Below are positions 1 to 9,017 of a stretch of DNA of 15,845 bases, one piece after another. The DNA is from Coleofasciculus chthonoplastes F2-STO-03. Lineage in GTDB: Bacteria > Cyanobacteriota > Cyanobacteriia > Cyanobacteriales > Coleofasciculaceae. Both the position numbers and the translations under genes were made by a program. The number at the start of each line of letters is the position of its first letter. Within the stretch, counting starts at the first letter, position 1. The stretch spans positions 1 through 15,845 of the forward strand of contig JAVJWO010000161.1 in NCBI GenBank assembly GCA_040222015.1, read 5' to 3'. A model generated the notes under the pieces. It was not told the origin of the DNA. It made no database searches and was given only the letters and a program-made list of their open reading frames with translations.

Positions 1-11
1 GTGTAGGGGAG

Positions 12-182
12 ATGGGGAAGCTGGGAGAGCTGGGGAAGCTGGGGGAGCAGAGGAAGCTGGGGGAGCAGAGGGAGCTGGGGAAGCTGGGGGAGCTGGGGGA
101 GCAGAGGGAGCTGGGAGAGCTGGGGGAGCAGAGGGAGCTGGGGAAGCTGGGGGAGCTGGGGAAGATGGGGAAGATGGGGAAG
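12..182 (+). repeat. Purine-rich 9-bp tandem repeat (GCTGGGGAA / GCTGGGGGA / GCAGAGGGA variants), cyanobacterial STRR-like
   Basis: Direct 9-nt periodicity, e.g. gctggggaa-gctggggga-gcagaggga. It produces the low-complexity ORF 12..203. Confidence 0.9.
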
Positions 183-185
183 CCA

Positions 186-271
186 AGGACAAATGACAAA
201 TGACAAATGACGAATGACAAATAACAAATGACGAATGACGAATGACGAATGACGAATGACGAATGACAATG
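186..271 (+). repeat. Heptamer tandem repeat (AATGACA/AATGACG, STRR type), about 12 copies, running into the next start codon
   Basis: gacaaat gacaaat gacaaat gacgaat gacaaat aacaaat gacgaat... read directly. Heptamer STRRs are typical of filamentous cyanobacteria. Confidence 0.9.
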
Positions 272-2002
272 AAACTACGCTCGTTTTTTTATGCCTTAGC
301 AGCCGGTGTGGTAATGTTGCTGTTACTCGCTGGCGGTGGCTGGTTCTGGGTCAGCGCCCACAGTCCCCTAACTCTCTTGCAGGAACAGGAGGTCAAGACT
401 CCCACGGCGGCGATTTTTGTGCCGAAACAAGCCCCCGCCATGATATCGTTGCTTGTGAATCCAGACCGTTTGGCAGCGTTGCGGCAAGTGGTGGTTCCAC
501 CCCAGAAGCGACGAGGTGCGATCGCGGAATTTAAGCAACTGGAAAATAGTCTGCTGGCGAATTTAGGACTGGATTATCAACGGGACATTCAACCCTGGAT
601 TGATGATGAACTGACCCTGGCGGTAACGTCGTTAGACGTTGACCGGAATCCCGAAAATGCGGCACAACCGGGATATTTACTCGTTTTTACCACCAACGAT
701 CCTGAAGCCGCGCAGGAACAGGTTTATTCTCGACTCGCGATTACCGACCCAGCCGATTTAGTCGTTGAATCCTATCAAGGGGTCAACCTAATTTATCAAT
801 CCTCGAATCCCCCAGGGAAAAAGTTAGCAAAGGATACAGACTCTCGTCCTATCCCGGATACCTTAACCAGCGCGATTGTGGGCGATCGCTTTGTCCTTTA
901 TGCCAATCATCCTAAAGTCTTGCGGAATGCGATTAATACGGTACAAGTTGCCGATTTGAGTTTGGCAGAAAATCTCGATTATCAACACCTGCTGCAAAGT
1001 TTGACGGAACCGCGTATTGGGTTAAGTGTGGTGAATTTACCCGCCCTAGCCGCTTGGATTTCCAATCAACCGATTCCTAATCGCGAGTCATTTGAGGCGT
1101 CTAAAAGCTTGGCAATTGCCTTATCCTTAACTCGTCAGGGGCTATTGGCACAAACGGCGATTCCTCGGTCAAAATCGAGTCCAGAACCGATTACCCCAGT
1201 CTTATCTCAGCCTGTTGATGCCCTCCAGTACATTCCCACCCAAAGTGCGTTGGCAATTGCTGGGGTGAATTTAAACCAATTTTGGGAACAACTATCTACT
1301 CGATTAGAAGGCGATGAGAGTCTCAGTAGCGTAATTGACCAAGGGATTGCCCGGTTAGAGTCTCAGTGGGGGATTCAATTGCCAGAAGAGATTTTCAGTT
1401 GGGTGCAGGGGGACTATGCCCTATCGCTATTTCAGCGATCGGATCAACCGAATCCCGACTGGATTTTTGTGACGCAAACGGCTAATAATGATCGGGCAAT
1501 TGACGCGATTGATCATTTGGATCTCGTCGCCAAACAGCAGGGATTAAATGTGGGAGAACTCCCGTTTGGCGATCGCACGACGACGGCGTGGACGAAATTG
1601 GTGACAGGGAAAGCGCTGAAAAATCGCCAAGATGGGTTGTTAAGTTTACAAGCCCAAGTTCGGGGCGTTCACACCACTGTGGGAGACTATGAAGTGTTTG
1701 CCACATCCATTGAGGCGATGGACGCGGCGCTGAATGGGGTGAAGGATTCACTGGTTCAGAACCCAGACTTCCAGAACGCGATCGCCGCTTTACCTGCTCG
1801 AAATGATGGGTATTTCTATCTAAACTGGTTAGAGAGCCAACCCTTAATTGAGCGTCAGCTTCCCATTTTGCGGGTGGTGGAACTCATTGGTCAACCCTTA
1901 TTTGACCACCTGCGATCGCTAACCATCACCAGTTATGGTGTGAATCAGGATGTTCAACAGAGTCAGTTATTTTTTCAATGGGTTGATCGTTCCTCTAGCT
2001 AA
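263..2002 (+). CDS. DUF3352-type protein with N-terminal membrane anchor (start may be the ATG at 269)
   Basis: 579-aa ORF with hydrophobic N-terminus (FFYALAAGVVMLLLLAGGGWFW). Segments AAIFVPKQAP..SLLVNP, LDYQRDIQPWIDDELTLAVT and IFSWVQGDYAL resemble cyanobacterial DUF3352 proteins. Contains four HIP1 sites. Confidence 0.75.
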   Translation: MTMKLRSFFYALAAGVVMLLLLAGGGWFWVSAHSPLTLLQEQEVKTPTAAIFVPKQAPAMISLLVNPDRLAALRQVVVPPQKRRGAIAEFKQLENSLLANLGLDYQRDIQPWIDDELTLAVTSLDVDRNPENAAQPGYLLVFTTNDPEAAQEQVYSRLAITDPADLVVESYQGVNLIYQSSNPPGKKLAKDTDSRPIPDTLTSAIVGDRFVLYANHPKVLRNAINTVQVADLSLAENLDYQHLLQSLTEPRIGLSVVNLPALAAWISNQPIPNRESFEASKSLAIALSLTRQGLLAQTAIPRSKSSPEPITPVLSQPVDALQYIPTQSALAIAGVNLNQFWEQLSTRLEGDESLSSVIDQGIARLESQWGIQLPEEIFSWVQGDYALSLFQRSDQPNPDWIFVTQTANNDRAIDAIDHLDLVAKQQGLNVGELPFGDRTTTAWTKLVTGKALKNRQDGLLSLQAQVRGVHTTVGDYEVFATSIEAMDAALNGVKDSLVQNPDFQNAIAALPARNDGYFYLNWLESQPLIERQLPILRVVELIGQPLFDHLRSLTITSYGVNQDVQQSQLFFQWVDRSSS

Positions 2003-2080
2003 ATCAGAGATTATAGCGCGGGGCTTCTTGCCGGAACAGCTAAAACGAATTGGTCTCGGAATAGAGTTATCATCGACAAG

Positions 2081-2202
2081 GTAGGGGCGACCCGCTTAGC
2101 CTAATTAACAACACCAGAAACAGGGCGGGTTTACATAAGTTACCAGTTTTTGCTTACATGGTATCGGTAAAACCCGCCCCTACAGGTCGGGTCGCCCTCT
2201 AC
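2081..2202. repeat. Nested REP-like palindromic element
   Basis: Outer arms GTAGGGGCGACCCG (2081-2094) and CGGGTCGCCCTCTAC (2188-2202, one extra base). Inner arms AGGGCGGGTTTAC (2122-2134) and GTAAAACCCGCCCCTAC (2167-2183). Confidence 0.8.
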
Positions 2203-2265
2203 TCAATTGGGTCGGTTCGCCCTCTCCTCAAACCTTTGTATCAGAACGTTTTTCTTAGGAAGTTG

Positions 2266-2940
2266 ATGGAACCAACAATCCGACCCAGAGTTAAAATTTG
2301 CTGCATTGGTAGCATGAACGAAGCCAATCTCGCCATTCGTTATGGCGCTGCTGCCATAGGCTTCGTATCCGAGATGCCCAGTGGACCGGGTATGGTGTCT
2401 GAAGGCTTGATTGCCCAAGTCAGCGCTAAAGTCCCTCCGGGTGTCTCATCATTTCTGCTCACCAGTAAATTTGATACCTTAGCGATTATTGCTCAACAAC
2501 GACGCTTAGGCGTCAACACGATTCAGATTTGCGATCGCCTACAGTGGGGAAGCCATGATGATTTACGTCAGGCATTACCAGGGATTGCCATTGTCCAAGC
2601 GATTCATATCACCAGCGAAGCCGCGATCGAGGAAGCGTTAGCCGTTGCCCCCTCTGTTTCCGCGTTGATACTCGATTCGGGGAATCCCCTGTTACCAGAG
2701 AAAGAACTGGGCAGAACCGGGCGAGTTCATGATTGGACGATTAGCCGACGCATCCGGGAATTAGTCAATGTGCCTGTTTTTTTAGCTGGCGGACTCACTC
2801 CAGAGAATGTCAAGGATGCGATTCAAGCAGTTCAACCCTTTGGTGTGGATGTCTGTAGTGGGGTTCGCACGAATGGCAAATTAGATGAGGGTAAACTCTC
2901 TGAGTTCTTCAATCAAGTGTACAAAAGTTTCAGCACTTAG
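2266..2940 (+). CDS. trpF: Phosphoribosylanthranilate isomerase (TrpF family), 224 aa
   Basis: Motifs VKICCI, ILDSG, GRTGRVHDW, LAGGLTPENV and PFGVDVCSGV. Start moved from 2158 to ATG 2266 because AGGAAG lies just upstream and the ORF-track extension translates the REP element. Confidence 0.88.
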   Translation: MEPTIRPRVKICCIGSMNEANLAIRYGAAAIGFVSEMPSGPGMVSEGLIAQVSAKVPPGVSSFLLTSKFDTLAIIAQQRRLGVNTIQICDRLQWGSHDDLRQALPGIAIVQAIHITSEAAIEEALAVAPSVSALILDSGNPLLPEKELGRTGRVHDWTISRRIRELVNVPVFLAGGLTPENVKDAIQAVQPFGVDVCSGVRTNGKLDEGKLSEFFNQVYKSFST

Positions 2941-2980
2941 TTATGTTGAAACATTGGGATATCATCGTTTTACCAAATAA

Positions 2981-3071
2981 TAGGACTTACGCAAAGCCTC
3001 TATGTGTAGGGTGTGTTAGCGCAGCGTAACCCACCTTTCCCCCCATCAGTGGTGTGTCTGTGTAAGTCCTG
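2981..3071. mobile_element. MITE-like element with an internal REP hairpin
   Basis: Inverted ends AGGACTTACGCA (2982-2993) and TGTGTAAGTCCT (3059-3070). AATAA direct repeat on both flanks (2976-2980, 3072-3076). Internal GTAGGGTGTGTTAGCGCAGCGTAACCCACC hairpin (3006-3035). Confidence 0.65.
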
Positions 3072-3315
3072 AATAAGTAGGTTGGTGGAAATAAACTCAA
3101 CTCTATTAAATTATGTGAAAAAGCCGGATCTGTTATAAATGCTACCAAGTACATGTTACTATCTATACAAAGTTAAATTCAAAGAAATAACTTTTTCTCC
3201 CCCTGCTTCAGGAACGTCACCGTGTCACAGATTCCCCTTGTCCTCTCCTCTGGCTATCTACATTGATATTTTTTTCCCAGAGAATAGAGCGATAGACGCA
3301 GGGCTGTGCAATTTT

Positions 3316-3321
3316 GAGGAG
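3316..3321 (+). promoter_or_regulatory. Shine-Dalgarno sequence for pepM
   Basis: GAGGAG 5 nt upstream of ATG 3327. Confidence 0.7.
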
Positions 3322-3326
3322 TACAG

Positions 3327-4964
3327 ATGACCATAACAGCACAACCTAGAAAAACAACACAACTTAGAGCCTTGCTGAATTCTAAGCAGTTAGAGTTTCT
3401 GATCGAAGCCCATGATGGAATCAGCGCTAAGATTGCTCAAGAGGCAGACTTTAAGGGCATTTGGGGTAGTGGTCTGAGCATTTCTGCCCAGTTGGGTGTG
3501 CGTGATAACAACGAAGCCAGTTGGACTCAAGTCTTGGAAGTGGTTGAGTTCATGTCCGATGCCACTTCTATCCCAATTCTGCTGGATGGGGATACGGGCT
3601 ACGGAAATTTTAACAATGTGCAACGCTTGGTCAAAAAATTAGAGCAGCGTGGTGTGGCGGGTGTCTGTATTGAGGACAAACTCTTCCCCAAAACCAATAG
3701 CTTTATAAAAGGCACAGCTCAGCCCCTGGCTGACATGGACGAGTTCTGCGGCAAAATAAAGGCAGCTAAAGATGCCCAAAGTGATGATGAATTTGTCTTA
3801 ATTGCTCGGGTAGAAGCCTTTATTGCCGGTTGGGGACTCTCGGAAGCATTAAGACGAGCGATCGCCTATTACGATGCGGGAGCGGATGGCATTTTAATCC
3901 ATAGTGCCTTGCATGTGCCTGATGAAGTGTTGGCTTTTAAACGGGAATGGGGCGATCGCGCACCTGTGGTGATTGTCCCCACTAAGTATTACGCAACACC
4001 GACTGAGGTTTTTCGAGATGCGGGGTTCTCCATCGCTATTTGGGCAAATCAGCTCATTCGAGCTTCTGTTACCATGACCCAAAAGGTAGCTCAGACGTTA
4101 ATGCTAGAGCAGAACCTGCTGAATGTCGAAGACGAGATCGTCCCTGTTTCCGAGATTTTTCGGCTTCAAGGCGTTGCCGAACACCAGGAAGCGGAGCAGC
4201 GCTATTTACCCCAGAACGGTGATTGTGGGAGCCGCACGATTCTACTAGCCGCCTCCCGGGGGATTGAATTGGGTGAGTTCACTAAAGATAAACCCAAGTG
4301 CATGGTAGATCTACAAGGGGAACCCCTCTTATCAAGGATTGTGGAAGAGCATTACAGTGTCGGTATTCAAGACATCACTGTTGTCCGTGGCTACAAAAAG
4401 GAAGTTGTCAACTTACCTAGCCTCGATTATGTCGATAACGACGACTATGACACCACCGGTGAACTCGTTTCCCTGAGTCGAGGCTTGCAGGAGTTGCCCC
4501 AAGACGGACAAGATTGGATCATTAGCTACGGTGATGTTCTGTTCAAGACGTACATTCTGCAAATGCTGTTAGCGGCTGAGCATGACTTTGTGGTGATTAT
4601 AGATTCGAGTCAGCACCGCCAAACTCAGCAAATCCGACCCGATTACGTTGCCTGTTCTCTCCCCGACTCGACTCAGGCATTTTATCAGAATATTTATCTA
4701 CACCAAATCACTCATAACCTCGGTGATCAGGAAATCTGTGGTCTATGGACTGGATTGCTGAAAGTTTCCCCACAGGGGCAGCCAGGACTAAAGGATACCC
4801 TTAATACTCTGCTCCAGTCAGAGAACGTGCGGCAACAGGGTCGAATGCCGACTCTGATTAATGAGTTGATCGCCCGTGGCTATCCAGTACATGTGCTTTA
4901 CATTAAAGGACATTGGCTCGACATCGATCAAGTCGAAGATCTATTCAAGGCGGGAAATTTCTAG
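3327..4964 (+). CDS. pepM: Phosphoenolpyruvate mutase fused to a C-terminal NTP-transferase (cytidylyltransferase-like) domain
   Basis: Diagnostic PepM motif EDKxxxxxNS ([10 protein letters not shown]), plus [13 protein letters not shown] and VPTKY. After about aa 300 come [29 protein letters not shown] and WLDID, which fit a nucleotidyltransferase fold. Confidence 0.95.
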   Translation: MTITAQPRKTTQLRALLNSKQLEFLIEAHDGISAKIAQEADFKGIWGSGLSISAQLGVRDNNEASWTQVLEVVEFMSDATSIPILLDGDTGYGNFNNVQRLVKKLEQRGVAGVCIEDKLFPKTNSFIKGTAQPLADMDEFCGKIKAAKDAQSDDEFVLIARVEAFIAGWGLSEALRRAIAYYDAGADGILIHSALHVPDEVLAFKREWGDRAPVVIVPTKYYATPTEVFRDAGFSIAIWANQLIRASVTMTQKVAQTLMLEQNLLNVEDEIVPVSEIFRLQGVAEHQEAEQRYLPQNGDCGSRTILLAASRGIELGEFTKDKPKCMVDLQGEPLLSRIVEEHYSVGIQDITVVRGYKKEVVNLPSLDYVDNDDYDTTGELVSLSRGLQELPQDGQDWIISYGDVLFKTYILQMLLAAEHDFVVIIDSSQHRQTQQIRPDYVACSLPDSTQAFYQNIYLHQITHNLGDQEICGLWTGLLKVSPQGQPGLKDTLNTLLQSENVRQQGRMPTLINELIARGYPVHVLYIKGHWLDIDQVEDLFKAGNF

Positions 4965-6107
4965 ATGATCAAATCCGAATACTTTATCCAAGCCGCCCAG
5001 AAAAAGGGTTTTGGGTTATACACTGGCGTGCCCTGCTCCTACCTCAAATCTTTTATTAACACCGTGATTGACTCGGAGCATCTCCGCTATGTCGGGGCTG
5101 CCAATGAAGGGGATGCTGTCGCGATCGCCTCCGGTGCAGAGTTGGCTGGAGTCAAGGGTGTGGTCATGTTTCAGAATTCGGGGTTTGGCAATGCGGTTAA
5201 TCCCCTCACCTCTCTGACTCACACGTTTAAGATTCCCATCCTGGTGATTGTCACCTGGCGAGGACAACCGGGTGGTGCACCGGACGAACCCCAACACCAG
5301 CTTATGGGAATGATTACTCCTCAATTACTCGATCTAATCCAAGTGCCATGGGAACTTTTTCCCACGGAAATAGACCAAGTGGAGCCGACTTTGGATCGGG
5401 CTGTTGCCCATATGCAGCAGCATCAGACGCCCTATGCCCTGGTGATGCAAAAAGGGTCCGTGGAATCTTGCCCATTAAGCTCTCAACTGGCGATGAAACC
5501 CCAGCCAATCTCCCCGACTAATCTGCCTCTGCAACAGGCTCCTGCTTTCACTCGTTGTGACATCCTTCAAGCTATCCAAGCAGGAACCGATCCCGATGAC
5601 ATTCTGTTGGCGACGACGGGTTATACCGGTCGGGAATTGTATGCGATTGAAGACCGAAGCAACCAACTATATATGGTAGGTTCTATGGGGTGTGTATCCA
5701 GTCTAGGCTTGGGCGTCGCTCTGGCTCAACCTCACCGTCGGGTGATTGCGATCGATGGCGATGGTGCTGCGTTGATGCGCTTGGGAGCTTTCGCCACCAT
5801 TGGTTATGAACGTCCGCCCAACTTGCTGCATATTCTTCTGGATAATCAGAGGCATGAATCGACAGGGGGACAGTCTACAGTGTCTGCCTCGATCAATTTT
5901 GGCGCGATCGCAAAAGCCTGTGGTTACGAACAGGTTGCTGTAGCCACAACCCCTGAACAGGTGAAAGCTTTGACTCAACACCCATCCGAGCAATTAATGT
6001 TCATTCACGTCAAAATCAAGCCTGGTATTCCTGACAAATTACCTCGCCCCAAAATCACCCCCCTAGAGGTGGCTCAACGTCTACGGCAATTTATACAAGC
6101 CCGATAA
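4965..6107 (+). CDS. ppd: Phosphonopyruvate decarboxylase (thiamine diphosphate dependent)
   Basis: Motifs TGVPCSYLK, AANEGDAVA, QNSGFGNAVNPLTSL, DEPQH, GSMGC and the ThDP-binding DGDGA...N..HESTGGQ. Its ATG directly follows the pepM stop codon. Confidence 0.95.
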   Translation: MIKSEYFIQAAQKKGFGLYTGVPCSYLKSFINTVIDSEHLRYVGAANEGDAVAIASGAELAGVKGVVMFQNSGFGNAVNPLTSLTHTFKIPILVIVTWRGQPGGAPDEPQHQLMGMITPQLLDLIQVPWELFPTEIDQVEPTLDRAVAHMQQHQTPYALVMQKGSVESCPLSSQLAMKPQPISPTNLPLQQAPAFTRCDILQAIQAGTDPDDILLATTGYTGRELYAIEDRSNQLYMVGSMGCVSSLGLGVALAQPHRRVIAIDGDGAALMRLGAFATIGYERPPNLLHILLDNQRHESTGGQSTVSASINFGAIAKACGYEQVAVATTPEQVKALTQHPSEQLMFIHVKIKPGIPDKLPRPKITPLEVAQRLRQFIQAR

Positions 6108-6158
6108 TCACACCTTGATTCGATCTGAATCTAGCCAAACCCTAAGCTCTAAGACAAA

Positions 6159-7262
6159 ATGAACCGGACGATCTTACTCAACCCTGGTCCCGTTACCCTC
6201 AGCGATCGCGTGCGTCGCGCCTTGCTCCAGCCAGACTTGTGCCATCGTGAACCTGAGTTTGCTGAACTTACCCTGGATATCAAAGCACGCCTAGCCAAGG
6301 TGTATCCCGCAGCAGCTGAGGACTATGACGCTATTTTACTTACCGGTTCGGGCACTTGTGCCGTAGAGGCAATGCTATCAACCCTTGTGCCTCATGATGG
6401 CAAAGCTCTGGTGGTAACAAATGGGGTCTATGGTGAACGCATGGCAGCGATGATTAAAGCCCATGGTAAGTCCCTGGAGATGGTTACGGCTCCCTGGCAC
6501 GAGCCAATGAACCTAAAGGCAGTTGAAACTTGTCTGAAGATGGATTCAGCCATTACCCATGTGATTGCCGTTCATCACGAAACCACCACTGGACGACTCA
6601 ATGATGTGGCTCAGTTAGGACAAATCTGTCAGCGTTACAATGTAGCGCTACTGCTTGATACTGTCTCCAGTTTTGGGGCTGAGGCGATCGAGTTTGCCCC
6701 TTGGAATTTAGCAGCCTGTGCCGCAACTGCTAATAAATGCTTGCATGGTGTACCGGGTATATCATTCGTATTGGTCAAGCGATCGATTTTTGAGACTCGC
6801 CCCTCTGCCGCTGGAACCGTATACTTAGACCTCTATCGCTATCATCAAGAGCAGGTAAAGGGTTATTCTCCCTTTACTCAAGCTGTACAAGTCGCCTATG
6901 CGCTCCAGGAAGCCCTCAAAGAGATGGAAGAAATGGGGGGGATAACCGCTAGACATAATCATTACCAGCAGCGTGCTCTTAAGATTCTGCAAGCTTTGCA
7001 AAAACTGGGGATTCAACCACTCTTGGATGTCCAAGATTATAGCTGTGTTCTGACTTCTTTTAAATTGCCCCCAGGCTACAGCTATGACCAAATCCATGAC
7101 ACGCTGAAAGCATCCGGTTTTGTGATTTATGCGGGGCAGGGGGGATTCAAAAACCAGATTTTCCGGATAGCCAACATGGGTGATATCCAACCGAGTGATC
7201 TAGAGCGTTTACTGGCTTGTTGTCATGCTTTGTTTAAGCCAAGCAGGATAACATACCAGTAA
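6159..7262 (+). CDS. aepZ: 2-aminoethylphosphonate aminotransferase (PhnW/AepZ family, class V PLP enzyme)
   Basis: Motifs LLNPGP, GSGT, NGVYGER, HHETTTG, DTVSSFG, ANKCLHGVPG (PLP lysine), FVIYAGQG and FRIANMG. Located directly after pepM-ppd. Confidence 0.92.
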   Translation: MNRTILLNPGPVTLSDRVRRALLQPDLCHREPEFAELTLDIKARLAKVYPAAAEDYDAILLTGSGTCAVEAMLSTLVPHDGKALVVTNGVYGERMAAMIKAHGKSLEMVTAPWHEPMNLKAVETCLKMDSAITHVIAVHHETTTGRLNDVAQLGQICQRYNVALLLDTVSSFGAEAIEFAPWNLAACAATANKCLHGVPGISFVLVKRSIFETRPSAAGTVYLDLYRYHQEQVKGYSPFTQAVQVAYALQEALKEMEEMGGITARHNHYQQRALKILQALQKLGIQPLLDVQDYSCVLTSFKLPPGYSYDQIHDTLKASGFVIYAGQGGFKNQIFRIANMGDIQPSDLERLLACCHALFKPSRITYQ

Positions 7263-7310
7263 TTTTTTGGAAGTGCCAGAAGGTATTCACTGATTTTACA
7301 AGATGTATTT

Positions 7311-7988
7311 ATGCAGGTTAAAAAGGAAGCTATTTTTTTAGATTTTGATGGGGTAATCGTAGATTCTCTTGAAGAATGGTATCACATTGGCGTACTTGCC
7401 TATCATGGTATCGACCAAGCTATTCCTGATAATCAACATAAAGAATTATATAAAGATAATTGCCATCTTCTTTATTCCTATGCAGATGAATATTGTTTGT
7501 TCAAAGCCTTAGAAAATCAAACCATAAAAGACTTTACAACAATTAGGAAAAACGCCAATCAAAAAGAAGTTGATACTTATAGTCAAGAATTCAAAAAAAT
7601 TAGAAAGTTTTATCAAAACAATCATTTAGACTGGTGGTGTGAGTTACATGGTCTTACCGATTATGGAAAAAGACTGACAAATCCCCAAAACACCAAAGAT
7701 TATTTTATTATAACTCGTAAGAATATGGATGATGTTTTAATCTTAAAAAAACATTTCAATATTAAAATCCCCGATATAAAAGTATTTGATTATAGTCATT
7801 CTGTCAAATATGGTGGGAAAGTAGATTTTATTGAAAGGTTTTTAGATAACCATCCAGACTATAATAAGGCGGTTCTAGTTGATGATAAAATAGAGAATTT
7901 GTGTGAATCTTCAAAAGTTACGTGTTATTTCGCCTCTTGGGGTTATGGTAAAGGAAATAATGAATTTGAAACATATCAGGGGAGTTAA
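7311..7988 (+). CDS. HAD-superfamily hydrolase or phosphotransferase
   Basis: Motif I DFDGVIVDS, motif II IITRK, motif IV VDDKIENL and C-terminal ASWGY. AT-rich coding sequence. Confidence 0.8.
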   Translation: MQVKKEAIFLDFDGVIVDSLEEWYHIGVLAYHGIDQAIPDNQHKELYKDNCHLLYSYADEYCLFKALENQTIKDFTTIRKNANQKEVDTYSQEFKKIRKFYQNNHLDWWCELHGLTDYGKRLTNPQNTKDYFIITRKNMDDVLILKKHFNIKIPDIKVFDYSHSVKYGGKVDFIERFLDNHPDYNKAVLVDDKIENLCESSKVTCYFASWGYGKGNNEFETYQGS

Positions 7989-8003
7989 ACGCTAATAAAA
8001 CTG

Positions 8004-9017
8004 ATGAATTGTAGATTGCAAATATCAAGAAATCCAATGTATGAATGCATAAAGACAATCATAGAAAATGAAAAAATTGACGGGATTGTTATCGGGCCAA
8101 CTGTCTATTTAATGAACTGCTTTTCTCCTATTTATAACCACGTCAGACAAAGCAAGCTTCCGGTTACTGTACCCAAATTCCCTTTAACGTATTCAAATAT
8201 TGACAAATTTATGTTTCCTGCCAGCGGTCAACGCTTTTTAGTTTTTGGAGGGGGGAAGCTCATCGATTTTACAAAAATTTGTGCCCAACGAGATCAAGTT
8301 TCTTTAATCGTATTGTTATCTTCTATTTCAAATGATGGGTTTTCATCTAGTTTTAGTTCCTTAAAGCCAGATGAAAAGTCATATAATCAGAGTTATAAAT
8401 CAAAACCACCTAAAGCTGTTTATGCTTGTTTGCCATTATTAAACAAGTACATGCCACATAAGTTTTGGGTTAGCGGCTTGGGTGAATTATTATCAAAATT
8501 GAATGTATGGGAAGACTTGAAAATTGACAATAAAGTCAAGGAATTTGATGAAAAGCCCTTTCATCAAATTGAACACTTTATACAAGAATACACTGGCAGA
8601 AATGAAAGGTCATTAATCGAAATAATCAAACAACTTTACTCATTTTCTATATTAATGAAAAATGATAGTAGTTGGTGTAGTCGTTCTGAACACGAATTTG
8701 AGAAGCTATATGCAGATAGTCAAGCCTCACATGGTAAATTAGTTTTGATGGGTGCTTTAGTTGCCATGAAAATAAGATCTATATATAAATTACCTCACTT
8801 ATATGAACGTTTATTGGTTGATTGTCGAAAATTAGAAATAAGTCTGGATTTAAAACAAGAGTTTGATTCTATGATAGAATTAAATACTTACAAAAGAATG
8901 AAAAATCTATCTTATGTAAGACCTGAAAGATTTGGCTTGTGGAATCTTGTAGATTCTACAAGCATTGACTGGAAAACAATCATCAAAGAAATACAAAAGG
9001 AGTTATACATATTGTGA
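8004..9017 (+). CDS. Glycerol-1-phosphate dehydrogenase-like protein (EgsA/AraM branch of the DHQ synthase / iron-alcohol dehydrogenase superfamily), divergent
   Basis: GGGKLIDFTK (NAD-binding GGGxxxDxxK), SNDGFSS, GLGELLSK, RSEH and SHGKLV match the G1PDH motifs GGGKxIDxAK, SHDGIAS, GDxxS, GSEH and HGxQV. Confidence 0.7.
   Translation: MNCRLQISRNPMYECIKTIIENEKIDGIVIGPTVYLMNCFSPIYNHVRQSKLPVTVPKFPLTYSNIDKFMFPASGQRFLVFGGGKLIDFTKICAQRDQVSLIVLLSSISNDGFSSSFSSLKPDEKSYNQSYKSKPPKAVYACLPLLNKYMPHKFWVSGLGELLSKLNVWEDLKIDNKVKEFDEKPFHQIEHFIQEYTGRNERSLIEIIKQLYSFSILMKNDSSWCSRSEHEFEKLYADSQASHGKLVLMGALVAMKIRSIYKLPHLYERLLVDCRKLEISLDLKQEFDSMIELNTYKRMKNLSYVRPERFGLWNLVDSTSIDWKTIIKEIQKELYIL

Noticed and set aside
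12..203. 63-aa ORF (GKLGEL repeats)
   Set aside because: It is a translation of the 9-bp tandem repeat, with no evidence of a real protein.
2158..2265. N-terminal extension of TrpF in the ORF track
   Set aside because: It begins inside the REP element; TrpF similarity and an RBS-like sequence point to ATG 2266.
3080..3326. Pho box or NtcA site upstream of pepM
   Set aside because: No properly spaced PyTTAAPyPy repeats were seen. GTT-N8-TAC at 3132-3145 is only a mismatched NtcA-like site in AT-rich DNA.
3327..4230. Isocitrate lyase, methylisocitrate lyase or phosphonopyruvate hydrolase instead of PepM
   Set aside because: The EDKxxxxxNS motif and the adjacent ppd and AEP transaminase genes identify PEP mutase.
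6159..7988. Catabolic phnW-phnX (phosphonatase) pair
   Set aside because: The HAD lacks the PhnX DWAGT motif (it has DFDGV), and the context is biosynthetic.
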